Source: Ophelia neglecta
Taxonomy: Eukaryota
Assembly: GCA_965285935.1 (NCBI GenBank)
Contig: OZ260665.1
Location: 29,450,001-29,514,000 of the forward strand
DNA: 64,000 nt
Direction: 5' to 3'
Shown: one piece after another, positions 38,101-51,200 of the stretch
Layout: each line of letters opens with the position of its first letter
Position numbering within the stretch: the stretch's first letter is position 1
Program-made: the position numbers and the translations under genes
The notes under the pieces: model-generated
Database searches by the model: none
Seen by the model: only the letters and a program-made list of their open reading frames with translations
What the model was told of the DNA's origin: nothing

Positions 38101-41100
38101 TAATGGTAAGATGGTTAGTGATTAATTAAGTCACTGTAATGCCTATTGCCTATACCAGTGTCTTACATTCTGAATACCAACTATTAGTTTGTGATGGATA
38201 TTGGGAAAGCTTGGTTATAGGCTATGAGAAAAAGATACTTTTATTTGCTTATTTAAAAAAAAATACAAAATACAGTTATGATTGCTTGTGAGGGCCCACC
38301 ACAGTGCTTCATGGCGTCACATTTTTCTTATGGGCTGACTGCATAAATAGATTAATCAAGTTGACTCATATTGCATTGGACACAATTGTTTACAAAAAGA
38401 AACATATTCAGCCTGATATCATTAATCTGGGATTTTATTAATAATAGTGCTATATATTACAGCCAATGATATAATTTAGAATACCCAGAGCTCATATAAA
38501 CATGTACAGTGACATGCCGTTTATAAAACTACCTGTATTACCTAGTACAGTATACATGGATACATATTGTATGTTAAATGGCATTGTCACAATGGTTCCC
38601 TATTGGCCATCTTATATAATTGATGGAATTGCATGCATATGACAGGATGCTTACATTTAATGCCAAATTTGATAAAGATGTCCATATACTAGCCTAACTA
38701 CATTAATAATCATCATTCTGATTGCAAAGTAAAATGTTGACAATGTATAGTATCCAACTGTTCCCTTCCATTATTTAAATGGTATTATCTATAATATACC
38801 AAATAAATATAGCCTGAATTTTATGTGAGATGTTCCTCATGGATACTAAATGTGACATTTTTCCTGCTGGTGACACTGGTGATTGATGGAAGCATGAGCC
38901 AATACAATGAAAATGCTAAACACCACACAGGTAAAATTTCACAGGCCAGCAAAAATTTTTCCACATGAATTAAGTATTTGAGTGAAGCTGTGTTTAATTC
39001 CAAGACCAGTTACTGCCTTAATGAAGAAAATAACCTATTGTCATTCACAATCTTTACGAGAAACTTATAATTCAGTGGCCACTTTCAGTACTTGGCAAAT
39101 TTAATATGTTACAGTATTTTTTGCATTAAAATCAGCTGATCAAAAAGCCATTGCCTTATCTTTGTTTCTCACATGATCCAAGTTGAGTACCAGTAAGTGC
39201 TATTTCCCTGTGCATGCCATTTCCCAATGTGAGAACACCAAGCTAATCACTTCAGGATGGAGTCTTTATCTGTGCTTATGTAGATGATGTCCACTTCTTA
39301 TGCAGCCAGTCAGCGGCACAGAAGCCATGACTGGTGTTACCATTTATCACCTTTTTCTTACCAACAAGATGGGAAGGCTGGTGATAGCTATGTGTTCTTT
39401 GAACCCAACAGTGGCTTTTCATACAGAAGAAAGGACAGAATGACATCATATCTATGTTCCCCTTATGGGCAAAAGCTGGGAACAAAATTGGCTTTCTCTT
39501 AGAAAACTGGATTCTTTGATGCATTGTGGGCCTGCAGGCAAAGCTACACATTTAACTGCGAAAAAGAAACATGATGAAAAAAATACCTTATTCCCATGAA
39601 AATAACGACAGTAGACCTTTAAATCTTTGGCAAGTACCCAGCTATATATTTTTCACCTTAACTACCAACCAATAATTTTCCTGCTTAAAAGAATGTGAAC
39701 CAAGGAATATAAACAATAATAGCCTTAAGCTTATGATGCAGAGCAATGCACACAAGGTTTTTGATAGTGCAGATATTTTGAAGGCTTAATCATTTTCAAT
39801 TTGGATATGTCAATATTTTAGTTGTTAGTGAAAATTCAAGTAGATTGCCTTGAGAAGCGCTACACTAGTAGCATAGAAATGTAGCGTATTTTAAGTAATC
39901 ATTAATGAGGTAGGCTATAAATGGTTGAGTGTGTTAATTAGCACTGATTAAAACTGGGCCAGACATATGGATAGGGGTGAGTATAGGCTGTTGGAAGCTG
40001 AAACCATTTATTCCCCTTCTTTTAATGTCAACTTTTTCAGAAGCACTCCCTGCAATCAACCCAGGAGATAAACCACGTTTTAACTTTGGTTATTTTTAGG
40101 AAGTTTAGTTGCACATGCAAATCATGCATGTTTTAAATTCTTCTAACATTGTGCATGTTTAAGGTTCACCCACTAAGTAAAACATGGGGGCAGGTGCCTC
40201 ATTACACCTAAGATTTGAATAAGTACTTAATTCTAAGTAGAAAAACAGTGATTTTATATGGCTGCATCATAAACATTCCACTGCAGTAATTGGATAGAAG
40301 TCATAAATAAGAAAAGTAAAAGAGTAAGAGAATGCTATAAAATAGCAAGTATAATCCTATTTAAGATTGACAGAGCTATCTGACACATGTGTCTAATCCT
40401 TTCCTAATTGTGACCGTCCTGTGGTATGATGAAACTGAATCATGCAATGCTAGGAAAGCAACAACCATTGTCTCCATCTTAAGCTATTCACTAATTGCCA
40501 GTATAAAAAGTATTATACGAATTCAGGTATCTTGCAGTCATCATATGATTTATTATCAATAAAGTAATAGACCTTTGGCTGGTATTCTGCCCAGAGTATC
40601 TAATACTTTGTGCAGATATTGTCTGCCAGGTATCTATTGCTTAAGACTGGTATTATCTGCCAGGTATCTACTACTTTAGACTGGTATTGTCTGCCAGGTA
40701 TCCATTACTTCAGACTGGTTGTCTGTCAGGTATCCATTATTTCAGACTGGTTGTCTGTCAGGTACCTACTACTTCAGACTGGTATTGTCTACCAGGTATC
40801 TTCTACTTCAGACTGGTATTGTCTGCCAGGTATCTACTACTTCAGACTGGTATTGTCTGCCAGGTATCTACTACTTCAGACTGGTATTGTCTGCCAGATA
40901 TCAACTACTTCAGACTGGTATTGTCTGTCAGGTATCTACTACTTTAGATTGGTATTGTCTGCCAGGTATCTACTACTTCAGACTGGTATTGTCTGCCAGG
41001 TATCTACTACTTCAGACTGGTATTGTCTGCCAGGTATCTACTACTTCAGACTGGTATTGTCTGTCAGGTATCTACTACTTCAGACTGGTATTGTCTGCCA

Positions 41101-44100
41101 GGTATCTACTACTTCAGACTGGTATTGTCTGCCAGGTATCTACTACTTCAGACTGGTATTGTCTACCAGGTATCTTCTACCTCAGACTGGTATTGTCTGT
41201 CAGGTACCTACTACTTCAGACTGGTATTGTCTACCAGGTATCTTCTACTTCAGACTGGTATTGTCTACCAGGTATCTACTACTTCAGACTGGTATTGTCT
41301 GTCAGGTATCTACTACTTCAGACTGGTATTGTCTACCAGGTATCTTCTACCTCAGACTGGTATTGTCTGTCAGGTACCTACTACTTCAGACTGGTATTGT
41401 CTACCAGGTATCTACTACTTCAGACTGGTATTGTCTGCCAGGTATCTACTACTTCAGACTGGTATTGTCTGCCAGATATCAACTACTTCAGACTGGTATT
41501 GTCTGTCAGGTATCTACTACTTTAGACTGGTATTGTCTGCCAGGTATCTACTACTTCAGACTGGTATTGTCTACCAGGTATCTTCTACCTCAGACTGGTA
41601 TTGTCTGTCAGGTATCTACTACTTTAGACTGGTATTGTCTGCCAGGTATCTACTACTTCAGACTGGTATTGTCTGCCAGGTATCTACTACTTCAGACTGG
41701 TATTGTCTACCAGGTATCTTCTACCTCAGACTGGTATTGTCTGTCAGGTACCTACTACTTCAGACTGGTATTGTCTACCAGGTATCTTCTACTTCAGACT
41801 GGTATTGTCTACCAGGTATCTACTACTTCAGACTGGTATTGTCTGCCAGGTATCTACTACTTCAGACTGGTATTGTCTACCAGGTATCTTCTACCTCAGA
41901 CTGGTATTGTCTGTCAGGTATCTACTACTTTAGACTGGTATTGTCTGCCAGGTATCTACTACTTCAGACTGGTATTGTCTACCAGGTATCTTCTACCTCA
42001 GACTGGTATTGTCTGTCAGGTATCTACTACTTTAGACTGGTATTGTCTGCCAGGTATCTACTACTTCAGACTGGTATTGTCTGCCAGGTATCTACTACTT
42101 CAGACTGGTATTGTCTACCAGGTATCTTCTACCTCAGACTGGTATTGTCTGTCAGGTATCTACTACTTCAGACTGGTATTGTCTGCCAGGTATCTACTAC
42201 TTCAGACTGGTATTGTCTACCAGGTATCTTCTACCTCAGACTGGTATTGTCTGTCAGGTATCTACTACTTTAGACTGGTATTGTCTGCCAGGTATCTACT
42301 ACTTCAGACTGGTATTGTCTGCCAGGTATCTACTACTTCAGACTGGTATTGTCTGCCAGGTATCTACTACTTTAGACTGGTATTGTCTGCCAGGTATCTA
42401 TTACTTCAGACTGGTATTGTCTGCCAGGTACTTATTACTTTTGATGTGTATTATCTGCCAGATATCTATTACTTTGAATACTCTCTGCTAGGTATCTGTT
42501 AATTTGGGTGTTCTCTGCCAGGCATCTTATGGATGGATGGGTATTGCCTGTCAGCTATCTATTACTTTGGATGGGTATTATCTACCAGGTATCTATTACT
42601 TTGGATACTCTGCCAGGTTTCTTTTACCATGGATACTCTCTGCCAGGTATCTGTAACTTTGAGTATTTATTACTTTGGTCAGATATTATATGACAGGTAT
42701 CTATTATTTTGGTTATTCTTTGCCAGGTGTCTATTACCTTGGGTACTCTCAGCCGGGTATGCCTAAAATTTGACTAAGAAAAACAGGATCATGGCAATAG
42801 ATTTTTGGCAGCGTGGAAAACATTCAACAGATAATCGATAACCAACCGACGATGTTGTGCCGGGTAATCGATAACTGGAGGACAATACCAGTCAAAGTTA
42901 ATGAACACCTTACCTAAGATACAAGATCTTTTATTTAAGTTTGATGAATTTGCATGTGAATTGAAATAATAATTAGTTTGTTTGTACCAACCAAGTAAAT
43001 GCTTAGGTTACATGATCTGCAGTGTGATAAAAGAAATGATATTATTAATACTGACACAATGAGGTGGTATGAACCAATTAATCAATAGCAATGCAGACAA
43101 ATTATGTCAGAGTTTTCACAGAAACAAATGCTTTTACCAGCCTTTAGGTTTGTTGACCCTTGGCCAGGTGTTTGGTTTATAGTTCTTTATTATTTGTATT
43201 AGTTTCTTTGTGTCAACATCATTATGTCAACATCATTATAAAAATGAATTTATCATCACCACTTTGACAATGATTACTTATGCCTATGCAAGAAGGCATT
43301 GTGATATCGGGTTTTCTTTCCGTCTGTTTAGCATCCGGCGGTAATAGTTTTTCAACAAATAGTCATCAACGCTGCATGGAATTTCTTTGTTTTTTTATGT
43401 AATCTGAATTTTCAAAGCCTCTGTGTGGCAGCCTCCTTAACAATGTTTTTAGGGATTTACACTTTGCAGCCTTCTTGATAAGTGTATATATATAGACCAT
43501 GATATGTTTGTTTCAAAGCCTTCTTGATGGGGCATTTAGGCCACGAAATCTACATTTTGCAACCTTTTTGACAGGGTTTGTATGACAAGATTTAAATATT
43601 GTAGCTTTCTTGGTGAGAACATATGTAGACCAAGATATTCTTGATCATCATCATGGTATGAAGGCCATGGAATGTATATTTTACAACTTTCTTGTTTGGG
43701 TATGTAGGTAAGAGATGTTAGTTATGCAGCCTTCCTGATATAGTATTTAGGAGGAGAGGTGTTAGGTTTTCTGCCTTCTTGATAGGGTATTTAGGCCGAG
43801 AGATCTTAGTTTTGCTGCCTTCTTGATAGGGTATTTAGGCCAAGATGTGTTAGGTTTGCTGCCTTCTTGATAGGGTATTCAGACTGTGAGATATTAGTTT
43901 TGCTGCCTTCTTGATGGAGTATTTAGCAGCCTTCTTGAAATGTAATTTAGTTCATGAGAGTTACTTTTTACAGCCTTCTTGGTGAGGAAATGAGGCCAAC
44001 TTAAAGATACCAATAATAAAGTTAATCACTAACATGGATATAATTGCTGTAAAGCCAGATAGTTTGGCTGCATGAAATGATTGTTGATTTGATAGTGTTG

Positions 44101-47100
44101 GTAGTTATTTCACTGCCCTTTAATATTGCACATTCATGTACCTGCTGTTGGTTCTATTCAATTCATACTTTAGTTGCTGGCTGCAATAGCTTAAGTAAAG
44201 GATGTTCCAGGGTTTCTTGAGGACATTGATTCGCAAAAATTAAAATGCCCAATTGTATTTTATTTTTGAAAATTAATGCTCTCATTAAAGTCATACATAT
44301 AAATGTAGTAAACACAGAAAGTGTAAAAGACTCGATGTAAAAGTCATGTTGTGGGACTTACAAAAATTGCTATTAACAACATTTGTTGCTTGTATAAATG
44401 GTGGCCAATTCTTTTCTTTCTAACTGAAGTGTAGTAGTTAAACATATCTATAGCTAGTCCTCCTCTATGCATTCAAACATGGATAAAACAAACCCTGGCA
44501 CATTTCAGGAATTTTTAAGTGCCTATGTTACATATAATTGCAGTACTAGCAGTCTGATTGGTGCCATTCGATCTACTGGTATTTCTTTAGTACCTTACAC
44601 ACCCAAGCAGCTATTATTTTTGCCCAGCCTTGGGACAGTTAGATTATGATTTTCTGTTTTGTCTCAGCATCTGATGGTGGGCAGGTTTATGCAAAATCTA
44701 CCGATGCAATTATGATCAAATTTGCAGAGAATTTAGCCCATGACCAGGAAGGCATTCCATAGGATTAAATTTGGTATACCTACTTTAATATTAGGTCATG
44801 GTACCTTTTTTTAATTTCAAATGCTTATATCTCGATAAAACTGATGGTCCCATTTTGAAAAGAAAGAAACCATGATATAGCTATATGTGAGTACTTTTAC
44901 TCCAAAAAATGTGGGGTTTTGAAATTCTGTTTATCTATGCCAAGTTCAACATATCTTATTGGATACAACGTCATTAATAACATAAGTATGATAAAGGAAA
45001 ATTCCTGATTAGTCAGTGACAGATTAATTAAAATTGGATTTTTTTCTTTTTGTACCCCCACCGCTTAACTCAGTAACAGTTTGTGTCAGTATACAATATC
45101 AAACACAGTGTTACTCAGCTGATAAAAGGACAATGAAGGTATAGCTGCCACTCAGGTCAACAAATCTCATTCTCTAACAGAAATTCCTGCCAACTATCAG
45201 GCTTCGAAGAAGTTCCTTTATGTGTGAGGCATGGGTTTTATTTTAATTTTGGGTTTATATTTATGCCTTTTAACTCCTCTTCCATGTTTATATGAATTTT
45301 GAGGGTTCTTCAGTCTTGAAATAAAAAGGTTGATGTGGCGCTCAAAACCCAGGTGCCTGAGACTGAGTAGCTATAGTGATTTTTTATGCCTTAATTTTAA
45401 TCCTATCTGTTAGAGTATTGCCTGCCTGATGCATTACAATATCATATTTTGATGATTATGGTATTTTAGATGATTATGGTATATTTGTTATTTCCTTAAA
45501 TTTGACAAAATTACCTCATATGGAACATGATTCTATCATCTCCAAAAAAAACATGCATGTGAATTGATCATATCATGCAAAAAGAGCCGAGGAATTGTGT
45601 GTTTTGTAATATCCATCAGGTGTATAACTATTTCATCCCTCATTTACTGTACATGTCAAACACAATCTTTCCTACATTAAACACTACAGGCAGCTACCAA
45701 TTAGACATTTCCACATTAATGATAAGAAGACTGGTTTGAGCTGGTCTCCATTACCTTATTGAGCAAGCTGAATTGTTCTCCTTGTAAGCAAGTCTTGATG
45801 CACCTCCTAGGAACACCATTGTGCATGTTGTATCCAGGGCAACAGCAGAAATCTCGAGATCAATATGTTTTAGTGTCCACTCCTGTCCTATAATTAACCT
45901 TATGTAAACTGTATGAAATGTCAACTTGACTCATTTGAACCAAGCTAGGCTACTGACTGAATCTTTGATCTTTTCGCCAGTGGCATCAGTGATAATTTCA
46001 ATTTGATCTTTTCCTCAAAATTGTCCTTAATTATTCATGATGGCAGACGTTAATGATCCTTGTATATGGCGGTGCTTACTTTGAAGTCTGACTGCACACT
46101 GTAGAATCACCATAGGCTAATAAAACCAGGATATCTCAAAGCACCAAGTGACCCAGACAGACCCGTCTTGTAGGATTCATCCTCATCATATTTGTCTATT
46201 GTTTTGTAATTATAGTCAGGGCCATGATTTGTTAAGTGATAACATGTGGCTTAATTATAACCAATAAAAGGTGCCATTTGTATTGCAAATTTAAATCAGC
46301 ATCAACAATTTTGCCGTTTTATTTTTATTTTTGCATGTTTTTTTTTTTTTTTTAACAGTACAACATAAAATCTCAATTTCTTACTTTCATTTAGTGAAAA
46401 ATGCATGAAGCCAACTGAAATTCTTTTTTGCTGCTGGTATATGACAGTACATGCATACCAAGTTTGTTTTTACCAAGCTTGCAGATTTAATTAGTCCACA
46501 AGTACCCTGTCATATATCTCATACAGGTAGGTTATATGTATATTGTACATGTATCTGTACATGGGTAAATATTGAATTGACACTCTCAGTGTTATGATTG
46601 ACTCATTAATATAGATTATTTCTTTAACTTGTTCCAGCTGTATGAGAGAGGATCTCCCTCAATAAGAACAGGAACCAGCAATGCCAAATTTCGCCATGGG
46701 GTACTTCAGCTCTTGATACACACAATTGACCCCCTGGGAGAAGGTAAGGTTTCTTGTTATCACCTTCATGGGTAGTCCACTTTATGTATAGGTGTCTGGG
46801 CAAGCTTATTTCTCCTTTATTAAGGATGCTCGCCACGCAGTCCCTCTTTGTTTTGGCTTCACCTACAGCCTATATGCACTAGGCTACCTAAGATGACAGC
46901 TGAAATTAGATACCTCCATGAATACTTAAATGAACTTAATGTATATTTTATTAGGTACCAAATTTTCATCTGACTATCAGGCTTGGAGATTTACACTTTC
47001 CAGGCAAACATATACCAATTTATTTGTATATTATAACAGTACTCGTAAAATTAATTTGCCCACTGATGTGGGCCAAAGTTTGTTGCCTGTCTGGGCAGTT

Positions 47101-48240
47101 TTGGGAAAGCTGATTTCATCATACATATAGTATGAATTTTTCCTACAATATATCAAACATATCTGATTCTAAAGACTCTTTAAAATAAACAGATTTTATT
47201 GGATTCTGCAGGGAATTAACAAAGTAAGAACATTATAAGAAAGAGACAAATGCATGCCTGTCATGTACTTCTTACCGGTAGCTTTATACCTCCCCATAGC
47301 TAGGGATATAACCTTTTCTATACACAGGGTCTAGGTGCAATTTCAACTTGCCACTTTCAAATAACACCGAGTCAGTAGCAGAAATTGTGCATGGATAGAT
47401 ATTATTTGAGGCAGAATAAACTCAATTCTTGTCAACCCAGGTAGCCCATAGCTTGATAACCATTACAACATGACGAGCCCATAATCAGAGCTCTAACATC
47501 ATTCCGCCAGTGCAATATTAACGTAAAATACAGTAGTAAAACTATGAAAGCACTGTGGTAAAACAGCAGTCATGTGAGCGTCATAAATAATTTGATACCA
47601 AAGTGATATAAAGGAGAAATTTTAGGGTTTCTCAATATACCTCAATATTTGGTAACTCTGTCGAAATAAGTAAACCTGTAAAAACAATACAATATTATGC
47701 TTTTAAAGTATACCATGGAAAATGGGATGGTTGATACTATAAACCAGGTAATATAAATATAATATAAAATTAAGGATATAAAGATATCTCTTATCTGTGA
47801 AAAGTTATAATAAATTACAGGTATATGTATTAAGGATTCTGACCCAGATACATGTAAATGATCTGGAACACTGGTCCACTAGCCAATCACGGTCAAGTGT
47901 CAATACTTGTTGGCAGAAGCAGGTAAAGAAAGAAGACATGTAGATCCAGCCTATGGTGATAGTCAGTGAGCAGTCATTAATAATATCATGCTTGTTGATG
48001 GACAGGTGCAAACTGACCGATTAGACAATTGATTTTTTCTCAGTGCAAAATAGAACCACTCTTTGAAGCTAGAAACACAGGAAATATGACAAGTTTTTGC
48101 CTTCCTGGTTGATATATGGCTTTGTTTGATCCTGACCCAAGCAGCGTCTAGCTAGGCCCAGTGTAGGCAGTGTACATCTGCATCTTTAATCAAAGCACCA
48201 GCTCTACCAAAATGAGTACCAGTCATTGCTGGTCAGAGGA

Positions 48241-48292
<52 letters not shown>

Positions 48293-51200
48293 CTTGGGCA
48301 ACAATAAAAGAGATTTCCTTCATTTGCCATGTCTATGTCTGCAGATAGATCCTACAATGAAACTGGAGTGTATTGTTTTCAAATGACAATTGAAAATTTC
48401 CACTCTTTTAAATAAACAAGGCCTATCCAGTCACAAAACATATATCCCTTAATATACTCCACCCCCCACCCCACCCCTGAAGAAATTTGGCAAAAAGCTT
48501 CCTCTTATAAATACTTACACATACACACATATTTTATGGGGGGGGGGGAGAAATGTTCAGAGAGAGAGGAGCAATTTTTTTTCTGCATACAAAATATTTG
48601 ATGATATCTAAAATTTGACTACTAGGGTAAATAAAGTTGGAGGACTGCTCCTGATAAATTATGATTATTTCCCATAATTTGCTTTGCCAGTGGGCTAACT
48701 GATTCTACCAAAAATCCTTAAAGTACAAATTTGTCTCATTATTTATTATTAATTAATACTGATTGAGTATTGTTGAGTATGTTAGGATTTTGTTGGTTTA
48801 TTATTAACAAAGGTACAATTCTAAATGGGATATCAAAGATGAAGGTGCTGGGTAGTTAGTTAGTTGATGGGGTTAAGCTTAACATCTGCTTATGTTTTCA
48901 GCCAAGGTCCATGAGAAGGCACTGAGGTTACATGCAGTGGCCACTCTGAAGCTGATTTATGAGAATGGTGGTTTTGTCAACAAAGATCAGGATAATAACC
49001 CAACAGCCGGTCAGGGTGGTGTCAAAAACGGAGTGATCCCAGCCATATCCAATGGCATAGTCACACACCATGGGGGTGTTAACAGCACAAGGAACTTCAG
49101 CCAGCAGACCAATGTAACAACAGTGGGTTCAGTGGCAGATTATCCCATGCCTCCCACCAACGCCGTCCAAATGACAGAAACTACCAGTAACCATAGCAAT
49201 AGCCAAGATGTAGATGCTTCCAGTAACGATAATCACAACAACTTAGGGGACAACCAAGCTGGTAACCATAGTAACATTACTACTCACCATGACAACCATA
49301 ATACGGCATCTAACGTCCATGGCAACAACACGAGTAATGACGAGACTGATCCTGGTAGCCATGTCAACCAGCACGTCAGTCCTGATGGTAGTACAAGTAC
49401 AGGAAGCAGAGATAGCTCAAATTCCCAGGTAACATAAGCTCCAAACTGTGATTTTAAAAGTGTAAACACATATAACAAATAGTATGAGGTTTTATTTTAT
49501 CGATTTTGTTTATTATTTATTTTTTTGGCAGTTTAAACAAATGCTTTTAATCCCTCCTATTCCCTCAGTTCAGATCATCATCTTCAAATTTCATCTGAAG
49601 GATTCTTTCCATGATCCTACACAATAAAAAAAGAAATCTAATTCATAATCATTTTATGCTTTCAGCTTGTTTGTAAAAAGAATGTTCATTTTCTATAAAT
49701 CCCTATTCTCATGCAGTTCTGATTGGTCCATTTTCAAATTGTGACTAAGGATTCTAAGCATTGTTCCTCATAATAAAATCATCCAAAGTTTTTGTCTTTG
49801 AAATTTGAGTTATTATAAGGTGAAATGATGTAGAAATGATGAAGATAATTTAATTTGGCTAGTTCTCCCGTGTGTACCCATGCCATCAATTAAAGAGTGT
49901 TATTAACAATAAATAAAACTGTTGAAGATCATTGAAATCTTTATGCCAAATTAGTTTCACAGCATTATTATTATATTTTAATACATTATATCAACCTATA
50001 ATTGAAGAATGACTGCCAAATGGATACCTTCAAGAAGGACTGACATATTTTTATACCCTTTCTAGTTAATCTCAGATTAGTTATTTGAATTGCACACCCT
50101 CTTCCAGCCCAGTGGTATTGTTGACACTGGTGACGAGCCTTTAGACATGTCGTGGCCAGACTCATGCCGTAAGAGATTTACCTATACCCTCGTGGCCCCT
50201 ATTCTCATTCCCCTCTGGCTCACACTGCCTGATGTACGGCGTCCGGTAAGTACTAGGTTTATTGATAATCATGACAAGAACCTTAACGGACCTTTATCAA
50301 GTATTTACTGCATCCAGCACGAACTCTTGTAAAATCTTTTTCTAATATACTACAATTTGTTTCACTAATATATATATATATGTACTCTTGAACATTTTGT
50401 GGGTACATTGTTTAACTTCCTGCACTCTGCTTCAGGAAAAGAGAAAATGGTTTCCTTGGACATTCCTGGGGAGCATTTTCTGGATTGCCATATTTGCATA
50501 TCTAATGAACTGGTGGGCGGCCACAATTGGGCTGACTGCGGGCATCAGTGATGCTGTGAGTATTGTACATAATTATAATGCACTACAATAGTATCACTTA
50601 CACTAATCCCCAGTCACTGAACTTTCTGATATAAGCCTCCAGTGAGGGAAAAATATATACACAGCTTAGCAGCTCTTGACCTAATCTTCCTGTGTCCGAT
50701 GACAATAATATTGATCCTGCTATGTAAAACATGTGGGCTGTTGTGTTTACAGGGGTCCCTTCTATGCAATGAAGGGCCACCTGCGATGACAGGCCACTTT
50801 TTGAATTCCCATGTCCTATCTTTACCATGTTAAAGTACCTTTGATGAAGGGCCATCTGCAATTTAGATCCATTTTTCTTTGGATATAGGGGTGGCCCTAC
50901 ATGGCAGGGGCCACTGTATTGTAAATGTGTACAATAAGTATACAGTGAAAACTGCCTTAAAGACCACCTCTGTATTCGGACCATCCGGTAATTAAGACCA
51001 CTTATATGAAGACCATAGTATACTCTTTCAATGTAATATAACCTGTCTAAACAGACCACCTCCTTAATCACACCAGTATTTTCCAGTCCCTTGGGTGGTC
51101 TTAATTCACAGGTTTTGCCATATATTGTTAATTTAGTGGCTTGGCTTACTTGACCTTGACCTTTCCTTAAAGGTCAAATTATGCATTCTGAATTTTCAAA

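Noticed and set aside
40675-42440. CRISPR-like appearance (about 34-bp partly palindromic repeats)
   Set aside because: Units are contiguous with no unique spacers, there are no cas genes, and the context is a eukaryotic intron.
40610-42502. 630-aa, 416-aa, 268-aa and related ORFs with 34-aa repeats
   Set aside because: They arise from a stop-free 34-bp minisatellite read in all three frames; they use non-ATG starts, are intronic and show no domain signature.
46624-46836. Minus-strand 70-aa ORF
   Set aside because: Antisense shadow of NCKX exon 2.
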